A stretch of 64,000 nucleotides of DNA from a virus: IMG/VR virus record IMGVR_UViG_3300045988_066710; one strand, 5' to 3'. The translations under genes and the position numbers were made by a program. Below, in pieces: positions 1 through 8,183 of the stretch. Each line of letters starts with the position of its first letter. Within the stretch, counting starts at the first letter, position 1. Under the pieces are notes generated by a model. That model ran no database searches, was not told the DNA's origin, and was given only the letters and a program-made list of their open reading frames with translations.

Positions 1-177
1 ATTTATAAAAATAGTTTTAAAGTTACTGATGCTAAGTATTGGAAACCAATTACACGTAATCAATTTAATGCTTTATATCAGGCTGTATTAATAGATTTAA
101 ATGATTCTAAATATCATTTGGAACATAATACAAACTGGGATAAAGAAATAAAGAACCTTTTATAAAATAAGTAATTT

Positions 178-390
178 ATGGAAGATATTAATGCAGTAGT
201 AACCTCATCTGGTGTATCACTTGAAGAAGTCTTAACTAAAGAAGTAGTTAAGGCGCTCAATGAAGAAGCTTCCATCTATATGAATTATGAAATCCCAGAA
301 GTAAAGCTTGCTGGCAATCCTCCTAGTGGTAAAGAAAATCGCAGAACTAGAAGAAGGTCAGAACTTAGAAAAAAGAAAGGCAGATTATGA
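178..390 (+). CDS. hypothetical small protein with basic C-terminal tail
   Basis: ATG-initiated 70-aa ORF. The C-terminus RRTRRRSELRKKKGR is strongly basic. The stop overlaps the next start (ATGA), which suggests translational coupling. Confidence 0.5.
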   Translation: MEDINAVVTSSGVSLEEVLTKEVVKALNEEASIYMNYEIPEVKLAGNPPSGKENRRTRRRSELRKKKGRL

Positions 391-746
391 TAGACGATGA
401 TAAGATTATAAAAGCTGCTAGTGAGCTTTGTGATTATGGTTCAATTCATGATAGTGAATATAGAATAGAAGGATTTAAAAAATGTGCTAAATGGATGCAA
501 GAAGAGTTCTTAAAGGATTTGTGGCATCCTGCTAGCGAAATGCCTGATAAAAATAGAACATGCTTGGTAAGAGTTGTTTATCATCCTAATCATGGGATGT
601 TTCAAGATGAAGAAAGAATAGAACAATCATCTTTTCACGATTTTGGATGGTATGATTACGATTTCAAATATATTGGAACTAATTATGATATTATTAGCTG
701 GCTCTATATTAGTGATTTACTTCCAAAGGAAGGAGGTGAACAATGA
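387..746 (+). CDS. hypothetical protein
   Basis: ATG ORF of 119 aa, coupled by 4-nt overlaps to both neighbours. No recognisable motif. Confidence 0.55.
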   Translation: MIDDDKIIKAASELCDYGSIHDSEYRIEGFKKCAKWMQEEFLKDLWHPASEMPDKNRTCLVRVVYHPNHGMFQDEERIEQSSFHDFGWYDYDFKYIGTNYDIISWLYISDLLPKEGGEQ

Positions 747-1000
747 ATGCATTAGCAATTATTGGTTTTATTATAGTTACTATTGTAATAGTACTTTGTA
801 TAATTGAAATAAAAGAAGAAGGTAATATTGTTCTATCTAAAGTGCTTTTAATTATTGCAATTATCGGGTTGTTATTTATTATAGTATCATATATAAGCAA
901 TGCTCCTACTGCCTTAGATGTATATAAAGGTAAGACAGAATTAAGAATTACTTATGAAGGTAAAACTCCTGTAGATTCGGTTGTAATTTATAAGAAATGA
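743..1000 (+). CDS. small membrane protein (two hydrophobic segments)
   Basis: 85-aa ORF. ALAIIGFIIVTIVIVLCII and VLLIIAIIGLLFIIVSYI look like transmembrane helices. Confidence 0.55.
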   Translation: MNALAIIGFIIVTIVIVLCIIEIKEEGNIVLSKVLLIIAIIGLLFIIVSYISNAPTALDVYKGKTELRITYEGKTPVDSVVIYKK

Positions 1001-1008
1001 AATGAGTA

Positions 1009-1170
1009 ATGGAAATATTTACATTTGACATTATGCTTAATGGAAGATTTATTTGTACTTTAAAATATAAATATAATTCAATCTTCCCTATTGATTTAGA
1101 AGAATTAGAAAAATTTATCTTAAATAAGAGACCTACTCTTAAAGGTAAAGATTTTAGAATTAAATTTTAA
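1009..1170 (+). CDS. hypothetical small protein (53 aa, below the ORF-track cutoff)
   Basis: Translated by hand: MEIFTFDIMLNGRFICTLKYKYNSIFPIDLEELEKFILNKRPTLKGKDFRIKF. It fills an otherwise unexplained gap in a tightly packed + strand gene array. Confidence 0.35.
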   Translation: MEIFTFDIMLNGRFICTLKYKYNSIFPIDLEELEKFILNKRPTLKGKDFRIKF

Positions 1171-1175
1171 CAATT

Positions 1176-1340
1176 ATGAAAGTATTTAAATTATGTATTA
1201 TTCTTGTTGCTTACTTATTAATAGGAGTATTAGAAATATATAGTTACTATTTATTTAAAAATGATGCTATAGGAATCTTTACATTCTTTACTCTTCTTGG
1301 TTTTATATTAACATTTGGAATAGAAGTATTAAATGAGTAG
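1176..1340 (+). CDS. small membrane protein (54 aa, below the ORF-track cutoff)
   Basis: Translated by hand: MKVFKLCIILVAYLLIGVLEIYSYYLFKNDAIGIFTFFTLLGFILTFGIEVLNE. It has two hydrophobic segments. Its stop overlaps the next ATG (ATGAGTAG). Confidence 0.4.
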   Translation: MKVFKLCIILVAYLLIGVLEIYSYYLFKNDAIGIFTFFTLLGFILTFGIEVLNE

Positions 1341-1593
1341 AAAATTAATGAGTTTATTTTCAATACTAAATATGCAGTCTGCACTGGATTATCAAATGGG
1401 TGATGATTTTCCTTTTGGTTCTCCATGTATTAGATTCAATGTACCAAAAGGAAATGTTCCTTCTGATAAACAAAAGTGTCAGCCAAAAGCACAACATGAG
1501 TTTATTATTAAAGGTATGAAGATTACAGCAGCTTCTAAGAAAGATGCTATTAAAAAGTATAATCATAGAAAGAATCAAGCAAATACCTTTTAA
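1333..1593 (+). CDS. hypothetical protein
   Basis: ATG ORF of 86 aa. It overlaps the next ORF by 50 nt in a different frame, so one of the two start assignments is uncertain. Confidence 0.4.
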   Translation: MSRKLMSLFSILNMQSALDYQMGDDFPFGSPCIRFNVPKGNVPSDKQKCQPKAQHEFIIKGMKITAASKKDAIKKYNHRKNQANTF

Positions 1594-1801
1594 AAGTAAA
1601 GATGGTAGCTTATATGTCTGTGGTAATTGTAAACATAGATGTGTATGGTATTCTGATATAGGATTATGTTGTGAATATAATGAAGACCCTGTAATAAAAA
1701 CAGACAAAAGAGATAAAAGAGCCTTTATTTGTTCTCATTTCTCCTTTATAGGAGATGAACAAAGAGAGGCTCTTTTAAGGAGTTTAAATTTATTAAAATA
1801 A
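1544..1801 (+). CDS. hypothetical Cys-rich small protein
   Basis: 85-aa ORF with CGNCKHRC...CC...C, which is a possible metal-binding cluster. Confidence 0.45.
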   Translation: MLLKSIIIERIKQIPFKSKDGSLYVCGNCKHRCVWYSDIGLCCEYNEDPVIKTDKRDKRAFICSHFSFIGDEQREALLRSLNLLK

Positions 1802-1808
1802 TCATTGT

Positions 1809-2183
1809 ATGAAAAAATATATCACTGGTGATTTATTACATTATAAAATATGTAATGCTAAATATTTAATAGAAGTAACTAATACTTCAAAGCATGGATA
1901 TTGTTTTAAAGGAGTTAAAGATGATTTTAATGGAGTTATCTGTGATGAATTTATTGAAGATATACCTCTTACTCCAGAAATTCTTGAAAAAAATGGATGG
2001 AAGAAAGATAAAGATGGTTATTTTAATGATTCTTACCATATAAGACTTTGTGAAAGTAGTACTAATTATGCTGCTTATAAAGTAGTAAATAAGTCTATTG
2101 TATGGTTAAGAGCTGTAGAAAATGTTCCTGATTTACAACATCTTTTATTTGGTCTTGATATTTCTTTAAAAATAGAAGTATAA
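1809..2183 (+). CDS. hypothetical protein
   Basis: ATG ORF of 124 aa. Its stop overlaps the next start. Confidence 0.55.
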   Translation: MKKYITGDLLHYKICNAKYLIEVTNTSKHGYCFKGVKDDFNGVICDEFIEDIPLTPEILEKNGWKKDKDGYFNDSYHIRLCESSTNYAAYKVVNKSIVWLRAVENVPDLQHLLFGLDISLKIEV

Positions 2184-2548
2184 TGGAAATGGAAAGTATA
2201 GAATTTTATAAATGGGAAAAACAAAAAGCACTTATTATTAAATACAATACAGTAGACCCATATAATGAGATTTATTTTGCACATTATATTCCCTTTCAAC
2301 AAATAACAAAAAGTGGATTCAGTTCTTCTGATTTTGATATTTTTGAAGAAACTAAGTATGATTTTATAATAAATTGTCCAAGAATTTGTAAGGAATATAA
2401 GATTGTTGTTTCAAAAGTTCAAATAAAGAAAATTACTATTAAAGAACCTAAAGAGTTATTTGATATTCTTTCTTATATTGAAAACTTTAATGAAGAAGCA
2501 AAAACTAGGATTAATAAAATTATACATACGTATTTAAATATTTCATAA
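2183..2548 (+). CDS. hypothetical protein
   Basis: ATG ORF of 121 aa, coupled to the upstream ORF. Confidence 0.55.
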   Translation: MEMESIEFYKWEKQKALIIKYNTVDPYNEIYFAHYIPFQQITKSGFSSSDFDIFEETKYDFIINCPRICKEYKIVVSKVQIKKITIKEPKELFDILSYIENFNEEAKTRINKIIHTYLNIS

Positions 2549-2549
2549 T

Positions 2550-2693
2550 ATGAATATAAGGGAAGTTACAAAAATATTATTTAAAATTAGAAGTAATCTT
2601 ATTGACCCTAAACAAAAACATGCTATTTGGGTAGCAATTAAAGCTATTAAGTATTGTAGTATAATAACTAAATCAATTAAAAATAATGAATAA
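2550..2693 (+). CDS. hypothetical small protein (47 aa)
   Basis: Translated by hand: MNIREVTKILFKIRSNLIDPKQKHAIWVAIKAIKYCSIITKSIKNNE. It starts 2 nt after the previous stop. Confidence 0.3.
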   Translation: MNIREVTKILFKIRSNLIDPKQKHAIWVAIKAIKYCSIITKSIKNNE

Positions 2694-2773
2694 AAATATA
2701 GAAAGAAACCAGTTACCATTAAAGCTATTATAAAGCAGTTAAGCTAACCGCCTTCTGGCATAAAAGATAGAAT

Positions 2774-2929
2774 ATGACAGTAGAAGAATTAATTAACGAA
2801 TTATCAAAGGTAGAGGATAAGACTATGGAAGTTTACTTTCCTTATTCTCATGGAACACAAGAAAACGGAGAGCCTCTAAGTATAGCTGAAGTATCTGTGT
2901 ACAATGATTGTGTTATAATTTATGATTAA
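2774..2929 (+). CDS. hypothetical small protein (51 aa)
   Basis: Translated by hand: MTVEELINELSKVEDKTMEVYFPYSHGTQENGEPLSIAEVSVYNDCVIIYD. It is preceded by the purine-rich leader aaaagatagaat that is shared with neighbouring genes. Confidence 0.35.
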   Translation: MTVEELINELSKVEDKTMEVYFPYSHGTQENGEPLSIAEVSVYNDCVIIYD

Positions 2930-2960
2930 CCATCCTGCAAAGGATATAAACAAATAGATT

Positions 2961-3353
2961 ATGATTAAAGAAGTTCCAAATCCTACATTAGAATGTATAG
3001 GATGTATATTTAAAGATGCACTTCAATGTCTTAGCATGCCTTGTTTTGCAGATAAAAACAATCCAATTAAATACATTGAAGTAAACGAAGACATAAATGA
3101 GAATAATATGAATAAAAAAGTAAGTGAATTTGTGCGTAAGTATGTTGAGGAACACTTAGATAAGAGTGACCCAAAACAAGAGTTTGAAGTGTTTGTAGTA
3201 TGGCAGTGCTACATTCTTGGTAATACAAAGTGGCTTCTTTCAACAACACTACCTGATGGTATGTACTATGAGGTAACATACAACAAAGCTAAAGACGAGT
3301 TTTATCTTGATGCTTACAAGAAATTTGAGAATCGTTGCATTCAAAACAAGTAA
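2961..3353 (+). CDS. hypothetical protein
   Basis: ATG ORF of 130 aa. No recognisable motif. Confidence 0.55.
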   Translation: MIKEVPNPTLECIGCIFKDALQCLSMPCFADKNNPIKYIEVNEDINENNMNKKVSEFVRKYVEEHLDKSDPKQEFEVFVVWQCYILGNTKWLLSTTLPDGMYYEVTYNKAKDEFYLDAYKKFENRCIQNK

Positions 3354-3388
3354 CTAATCAATTTTTACGAGATATAAATATAAATAAT

Positions 3389-3568
3389 ATGGAAGATAAA
3401 GATATTATGTCAGAGTTAAAATTGGAATATAGAAACAATATTGTATATTTTAATGGGTTAAAGATTAATGCTTATACAGCAGAAGGAATGCGATTGATAA
3501 GCAACCTTCTTAAAAAGGGATTATACAAAATTGGAAAAGAATTGGAGAATATTTCTAACTCTAAGTAA
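3389..3568 (+). CDS. hypothetical small protein
   Basis: The track ORF 3335..3568 begins at TTG. The first in-frame ATG is at 3389 (MEDKDIMSELK...), which gives 59 aa. Confidence 0.4.
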   Translation: MEDKDIMSELKLEYRNNIVYFNGLKINAYTAEGMRLISNLLKKGLYKIGKELENISNSK

Positions 3569-3614
3569 CTAACCACCCTCTTCTGTAAAAGGGAGATAGT
3601 AAAAAGAAGAGAAT

Positions 3615-3800
3615 ATGTTTTGGATATTTATGTCAGGATTAATGTGCTCTATATGCTCATTTGCTATAGGTACGTTATACGTAATGAAAGATGTTAGAGA
3701 CAGAAAGTTGGTGTTACCAATTTATGTTATTCTAGGTTTTTGTGGCTTGTGTATAATGCTTCTATACACAATGGCTATTCAAGGAAGGGTTAATGTTTAA
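3615..3800 (+). CDS. small membrane protein
   Basis: 61 aa with two hydrophobic segments (FWIFMSGLMCSICSFAIGTLYV and LPIYVILGFCGLCIMLLYTMAI). Confidence 0.45.
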   Translation: MFWIFMSGLMCSICSFAIGTLYVMKDVRDRKLVLPIYVILGFCGLCIMLLYTMAIQGRVNV

Positions 3801-3818
3801 TAAACAAAAGAAAAGAAT

Positions 3819-4067
3819 ATGAGATTAAGTGAATTTAAAGCAGGTACTATCTTAGTTGATGGTGATGACAAGGTGTTTATCCATGATGGCTTCATCAATG
3901 CTGATGGATATGGTGTAATTATCGGTGAGGATTCTGATGGAATGATTCAGAAATCCAATGGTATTGGCAATTGGATGAAAGAAGGTATTTATCGTGAAGC
4001 TACAAGAGAAGAAATACAAAATTTCTTTGCCAAGATTCGTAAGACACAGAAGATTATCAATTACTAA
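3819..4067 (+). CDS. hypothetical protein
   Basis: ATG ORF of 82 aa with a purine-rich leader. Confidence 0.5.
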   Translation: MRLSEFKAGTILVDGDDKVFIHDGFINADGYGVIIGEDSDGMIQKSNGIGNWMKEGIYREATREEIQNFFAKIRKTQKIINY

Positions 4068-4088
4068 GGAGGGTAAAAAGAAGAGAAT

Positions 4089-4397
4089 ATGGCAGATATA
4101 GAATTTGGAAAGTGTGATATTTGTGGCAAAGAGGCTGCTTTATCACGTACATATTTTAAATACAGAATAGGTAGTTGTGAGTGTTGTGGAAGCAAATTGC
4201 GTGATGGCTCAAATGGACATTTTGAGGTTGTGCATCATTGCAATAAATGTGTTCCTCATTTACCTACTGTTATTCATCCTTTATTAAAGGCTTTAGATGG
4301 TAAAGTTTATAGAGCAAATATTACTAACGTTTTACCATTTGAAATTGAAGGTAATTTCATTATCGAAGAACCAGTAATTGTGGAGGATAAGCAATGA
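4089..4397 (+). CDS. hypothetical zinc-ribbon-like protein
   Basis: CDICGK...CECCGSK...HHCNKC. These Cys/His pairs are typical of a zinc ribbon. Confidence 0.55.
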   Translation: MADIEFGKCDICGKEAALSRTYFKYRIGSCECCGSKLRDGSNGHFEVVHHCNKCVPHLPTVIHPLLKALDGKVYRANITNVLPFEIEGNFIIEEPVIVEDKQ

Positions 4398-4759
4398 ATA
4401 AAGTAAATGTCAAAGAGTCTCTTTTAGAGGTTGTTAATGGCAACAACTTAGAGATACTTAAAATAGATTTATGCAATGATGAAGAATCTTTTGCTAGGTC
4501 TTATAACAGAGAAAGAGACGAGTATTGTAAAACTTATACTACTCTAAAGGACTTAGATTTTGAGGTAGAATTTATCTTTATGTATGATGTAGTTCGTGGT
4601 ATGGTTTATTGTCAAGATAAAGATACTAAAGAACCAGTATGGATTGTATCTAGTGGTGATGAAGGAGGTTCTTGGTGGGAAGTCAATAGAGTTCCAGACT
4701 TTTATAAAAATCAATTTAAAAAGTTAGAGGATGATACAAAAGCAGACATGGAAGGATGA
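4394..4759 (+). CDS. hypothetical protein
   Basis: ATG ORF of 121 aa, coupled by an ATGA overlap to the upstream gene. Confidence 0.55.
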   Translation: MNKVNVKESLLEVVNGNNLEILKIDLCNDEESFARSYNRERDEYCKTYTTLKDLDFEVEFIFMYDVVRGMVYCQDKDTKEPVWIVSSGDEGGSWWEVNRVPDFYKNQFKKLEDDTKADMEG

Positions 4760-5078
4760 AATCAGAATTTTAATAACTGATGAAGAAAATCTCAGTTCGG
4801 TTCAAATATTTATTCCATTATATGTTAGTAATCTTTTCGGCAAAGCTGATGCTCTAATATATGCACTCTTTGTAGATAATAATCATAGAAGAAAGGGTGT
4901 CGCACAACACTTATTGCAACTAGCAGAACAACAAGCTAAGTTGAATGGAGTGAAGGTAATCGGATTAGAATTTGTTAAAGAAGAATCTGATGAATTTGTT
5001 CTAGATTGGTATCTCCGTAGTGGTTATAAACTATTTGATAAGAAAAGTAATTTATTAATTAAAAAGTTGGAGGATTGA
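4731..5078 (+). CDS. GNAT-family N-acetyltransferase-like protein
   Basis: VDNNHRRKGVAQHLLQLAEQQAKLNG matches GNAT motif A (R/Q-x-x-G-x-G/A followed by a helix), and a YLRSGYK-type C-terminal strand follows. The protein is short (115 aa), so it may be a minimal GNAT. Confidence 0.55.
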   Translation: MIQKQTWKDEIRILITDEENLSSVQIFIPLYVSNLFGKADALIYALFVDNNHRRKGVAQHLLQLAEQQAKLNGVKVIGLEFVKEESDEFVLDWYLRSGYKLFDKKSNLLIKKLED

Positions 5079-5080
5079 TT

Positions 5081-5455
5081 ATGGACAGAAATCAAGCTAA
5101 AGAATTTTATCCTATTCTGCAAGCATTTGCAGAAGGAAAGGCAATTGAATGTAGAACTAAACCAAGTGCATTAAGCAAAAGCTGGCAAGGTATGAATGAT
5201 TGGACGGAAATAAAAGAAATAGGGTACTGGGATAATATAGAATACCGAATTAAGCCAGAACCAAAGTACCGTCCATTTAAGGATGCAAAAGAGTGCTGGC
5301 AAGAAATGCAAAAGCATCAGCCATTTGGATGGGTGAAATATGCAGATAAATATATTTCTATATCAGCAATAGACTCAAACAATGATTATGAAATCGATTT
5401 TGATGATTATACTTTTGCTGATAGTACTCCATTTGGTGTGAAAATAGAGGAATAG
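5081..5455 (+). CDS. hypothetical protein, paralog A of a duplicated pair
   Basis: The track ORF starts at TTG 5075 and the first ATG is at 5081. It shares YRIKPEPKYRPFKDAKECWQEMQKHQPFGWVK and TPFGV with the product of 5690..6076. Confidence 0.6.
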   Translation: MDRNQAKEFYPILQAFAEGKAIECRTKPSALSKSWQGMNDWTEIKEIGYWDNIEYRIKPEPKYRPFKDAKECWQEMQKHQPFGWVKYADKYISISAIDSNNDYEIDFDDYTFADSTPFGVKIEE

Positions 5456-5479
5456 TTATGGAAATTAATGAAAAAATAA

Positions 5480-5659
5480 ATGAAAATTAAAAATAAAATG
5501 ATAAAATATCTTATTATTATATTAGGATTAGTAGGAGGTGTTCTTATTGCTTCTAGTATAATCCTATTTGCATTTAGATTAGATTCCTTGTTTGGTTTAT
5601 TTATAATAGGGGTATTTATTCTTTTAGCTGATTATATTATATTTGACATTATATCTTGA
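5480..5659 (+). CDS. small membrane protein (59 aa)
   Basis: Translated by hand: MKIKNKMIKYLIIILGLVGGVLIASSIILFAFRLDSLFGLFIIGVFILLADYIIFDIIS. It has two hydrophobic helices and lies between the two paralogs. Confidence 0.4.
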   Translation: MKIKNKMIKYLIIILGLVGGVLIASSIILFAFRLDSLFGLFIIGVFILLADYIIFDIIS

Positions 5660-5689
5660 AGAATCAAACTAATTTAAATAGAAAGTAAC

Positions 5690-6076
5690 ATGAATAAAGA
5701 TAAGGTAAAAAAGCTAGCTGAAATATTACAGGCTTATTTAGCTGGAAGAGAAATTGAATTTTATTCTTCTATCTTTAATGAATGGAAGCCTGCTTTTATA
5801 ACTGATATTAGTAGCTTGATAAAAAATATTGATAATTATAGAATTAAACCAGAAGTAAAGTATAGACCTTTTAAAAATTTAAAAGAATGTCTAGAAGAAA
5901 TGCAATGTCATATTCCTTATGGTTGGATAAAAACAAATAATAATGTTCATCGTTTAATAACCCTTTTAGATGAAGATAGAACACTAATAGGTCATCAAGA
6001 GACAAGTTGGACTTATGAAAAACTATTTGAGAGTTTTACCTTTATGGATGGTAAACCTTTTGGTGTAAGATATTAA
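5690..6076 (+). CDS. hypothetical protein, paralog B of a duplicated pair
   Basis: YRIKPEVKYRPFKNLKECLEEMQCHIPYGWIK and KPFGVRY align with the product of 5081..5455. Confidence 0.6.
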   Translation: MNKDKVKKLAEILQAYLAGREIEFYSSIFNEWKPAFITDISSLIKNIDNYRIKPEVKYRPFKNLKECLEEMQCHIPYGWIKTNNNVHRLITLLDEDRTLIGHQETSWTYEKLFESFTFMDGKPFGVRY

Positions 6077-6540
6077 CTTATTTAAATTAGAGTATATGGA
6101 ATATATTATAGTTCTTTTATGTATTTTTATAATTATATTAATGATTATTAATTTACCCTAAATTATATGGCAATAATAGCTAGTATATTTTGTTTTATTT
6201 ATATATGTATGATAATATATGTATTAAATGAAATATTTAAAATGAAATAGAAAATACTAATAATTATAACATAACAAATAAAGAAATTATTCGAGTAAAA
6301 ATTTTTGGTCTACTATTTTTGAATACTCGCTAATCACTAAAAATAGAGTAATAATAGTATTTTCTATAGTCCATAAATGCAAAAATTAGTAAGACTATAA
6401 ACTCTAATTTACGTGATTTTGAAACTAAGATTTTAAGAGAAAAAGCTAGTGAGTTCTTACTATTTCTTATTATTAAAGAAAAGTGACTTTTACATAACAG
6501 TTTTCAATAGTAAAACTGTTAATTTTAATATTTATAATAT

Positions 6541-6753
6541 ATGAAGAATAAGAAATTACATGACATTATGAAGCATAGTAATGATGTCACTAAAAAATTA
6601 GTAGAGGTTAATAACTTAGATAATCCTAAAGAGATTGCTAAAATTAATCAGATTACTGATTTATTTATATCAGTTAAAAATAATACAAAATTACTGCAAT
6701 TATTAGTAGTTGCAGTAGATATGGTAGTAGATTACATTAATAAAAATAAATAA
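6541..6753 (+). CDS. hypothetical small protein
   Basis: ATG ORF of 70 aa, the first gene after a roughly 460-nt region with no substantial ORF. Confidence 0.4.
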   Translation: MKNKKLHDIMKHSNDVTKKLVEVNNLDNPKEIAKINQITDLFISVKNNTKLLQLLVVAVDMVVDYINKNK

Positions 6754-6760
6754 GAAAACT

Positions 6761-7057
6761 ATGGAAATTAAAGCTAGTGTGAAGATTATTGAAGGAGGAT
6801 TTGAAGAATCAGTAAATTTCTCTGTTAAAGGTAATTTTAATATTAATTTTAAAATAACTCGTACTCCTGTAAGAGTAAGAGTGCTAAATATCTCTAATGA
6901 ATCATATGATTATATGACTTCCAAAGAGTGCCCTGAATGGAGTAAAAAGGCAGAATGGCTTTCTATGTCTAAAAAGAAGAGATTTGAATCTCATCTTAAT
7001 AGAATAGCACACGATTGCTTGGGAAAGGTTATGGATTATGAAGTTTTTAATGATTAA
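6761..7057 (+). CDS. hypothetical protein
   Basis: ATG ORF of 98 aa, followed by a strong intrinsic terminator. Confidence 0.5.
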   Translation: MEIKASVKIIEGGFEESVNFSVKGNFNINFKITRTPVRVRVLNISNESYDYMTSKECPEWSKKAEWLSMSKKKRFESHLNRIAHDCLGKVMDYEVFND

Positions 7058-7101
7058 ATATGTGAAATAGACGGTTTGTTTATAAAGTTTTTTTACTCTT
7101 A

Positions 7102-7140
7102 GATAGTAGTCTGTTGTGAAACACACTACTATCATTTTTT
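7102..7140 (+). terminator. rho-independent terminator
   Basis: Perfect 9-bp stem GATAGTAGT (7102-7110) / ACTACTATC (7125-7133), with 3 further inner pairs, followed by TTTTTT (7135-7140). Confidence 0.7.
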
Positions 7141-7153
7141 AATAACTAAAAAT

Positions 7154-7333
7154 ATGATAAAGATTATAATAATAATATGTATTATTATTCTTTTATTATT
7201 CCTATATAATAAATATAGTCCTAAAGTAGATGTTATATTGTCTAATGGAAATTATGTATTTATTATGTGGTATAATGATAGAGATAATAATGGAAATTAT
7301 GTAAGAACTTATAAAAGATTACTTACATTATAA
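7154..7333 (+). CDS. small N-terminally anchored membrane protein (59 aa)
   Basis: Translated by hand: MIKIIIIICIIILLLFLYNKYSPKVDVILSNGNYVFIMWYNDRDNNGNYVRTYKRLLTL. Confidence 0.35.
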   Translation: MIKIIIIICIIILLLFLYNKYSPKVDVILSNGNYVFIMWYNDRDNNGNYVRTYKRLLTL

Positions 7334-7344
7334 AAGACTTAATT

Positions 7345-7755
7345 ATGAAGAATATAAGAATTAGTTGTGGTTTTGCATTATATATGCTTATTATAGTAGC
7401 AATGTTATGTTTTACTACTATTAAATGTTGTGCACAAACTATAACTCATGTAACTTTGACATGTTACCAACCAGTTAAAAGCCAATGTGATAAGAATCCA
7501 TTGATTACTGCTGATGGTAGCAAGATAAATCTACATCATTTAAAAAATAATAAGATTAAATGGTGTGCAATCTCTAGAGACTTACTATGGTTATTTCCTA
7601 AGAATAAACCTAAGAAAGTATATATTGAAGGATATGGAATATATCTAGTTAAAGATGTTATGAATAAAAGACATAAACATAGAATAGATATACTTATACA
7701 TCCCAAAAGTTCAAAGAGAATTAGTATTAATAATGTTAAAGTAAAAATATTATAA
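7345..7755 (+). CDS. secreted 3D-domain (MltA/RlpA-like double-psi beta-barrel) protein, putative cell-wall hydrolase
   Basis: N-terminal signal-like segment ALYMLIIVAMLCFTTIKCCAQ. TCYQPVKSQCDKNPLITADGSKIN, then WCAISRDLL and YIEGYGIYLVKDVMNKRHKHRIDIL, resemble the 3D-domain pattern (T-x-Y...D..P.iTAsG...vAv...G.y.v.D.m....riDi). Confidence 0.55.
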   Translation: MKNIRISCGFALYMLIIVAMLCFTTIKCCAQTITHVTLTCYQPVKSQCDKNPLITADGSKINLHHLKNNKIKWCAISRDLLWLFPKNKPKKVYIEGYGIYLVKDVMNKRHKHRIDILIHPKSSKRISINNVKVKIL

Positions 7756-8183
7756 TGTGTTTTAATAAAAGAATATCCTTAAGTAACTATCAGGAAAGTG
7801 AGTATGAAAAAATAACAGAAATTCTTGAACAGGATACAATAGTATATAAAATTGTAGTTAAACATACTGGATTATTTCCTTTTCTTACTAAGAATTCCTA
7901 TTTTGCACCTTTTTATGATTATAAATATAAGAAGAAAAAGATATGTACTAGTCCTTTACAGATAGAATTTAGAAAGGAGGATGAATATATTGATATTATA
8001 GTTAAGAATGGTTTTCATAGTTTTAAGACTCTAAAAGATCTTAAGAAATCTGTATTTTGGTCTTCAGAGTATGCTGTTGCCAAATTCATTATTCCTAAAG
8101 GTAGTACTGTAATTATTAATAATACTCAAGTAGTATCAGATAAAATTATGTTTTATAAAGAAGTAAATCCATATAATGACTAG
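7755..8183 (+). CDS. hypothetical protein
   Basis: ATG ORF of 142 aa, coupled to its neighbours by overlaps. Confidence 0.5.
   Translation: MCFNKRISLSNYQESEYEKITEILEQDTIVYKIVVKHTGLFPFLTKNSYFAPFYDYKYKKKKICTSPLQIEFRKEDEYIDIIVKNGFHSFKTLKDLKKSVFWSSEYAVAKFIIPKGSTVIINNTQVVSDKIMFYKEVNPYND

Noticed and set aside
1544-1593. The 50-nt overlap between ORFs 1333-1593 and 1544-1801 as a programmed frameshift site
   Set aside because: Fusion would require a +1 shift, and I see no slippery heptamer or stimulatory structure. A simple overlap or a misassigned start is more parsimonious.
6288-6330. A TTCGAG-containing hairpin considered as a possible tRNA T-arm
   Set aside because: No acceptor, D or anticodon stems can be built around it, and there is no GTTCRANYC-type loop context. 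I found no convincing tRNA anywhere in the few non-coding gaps of the window.
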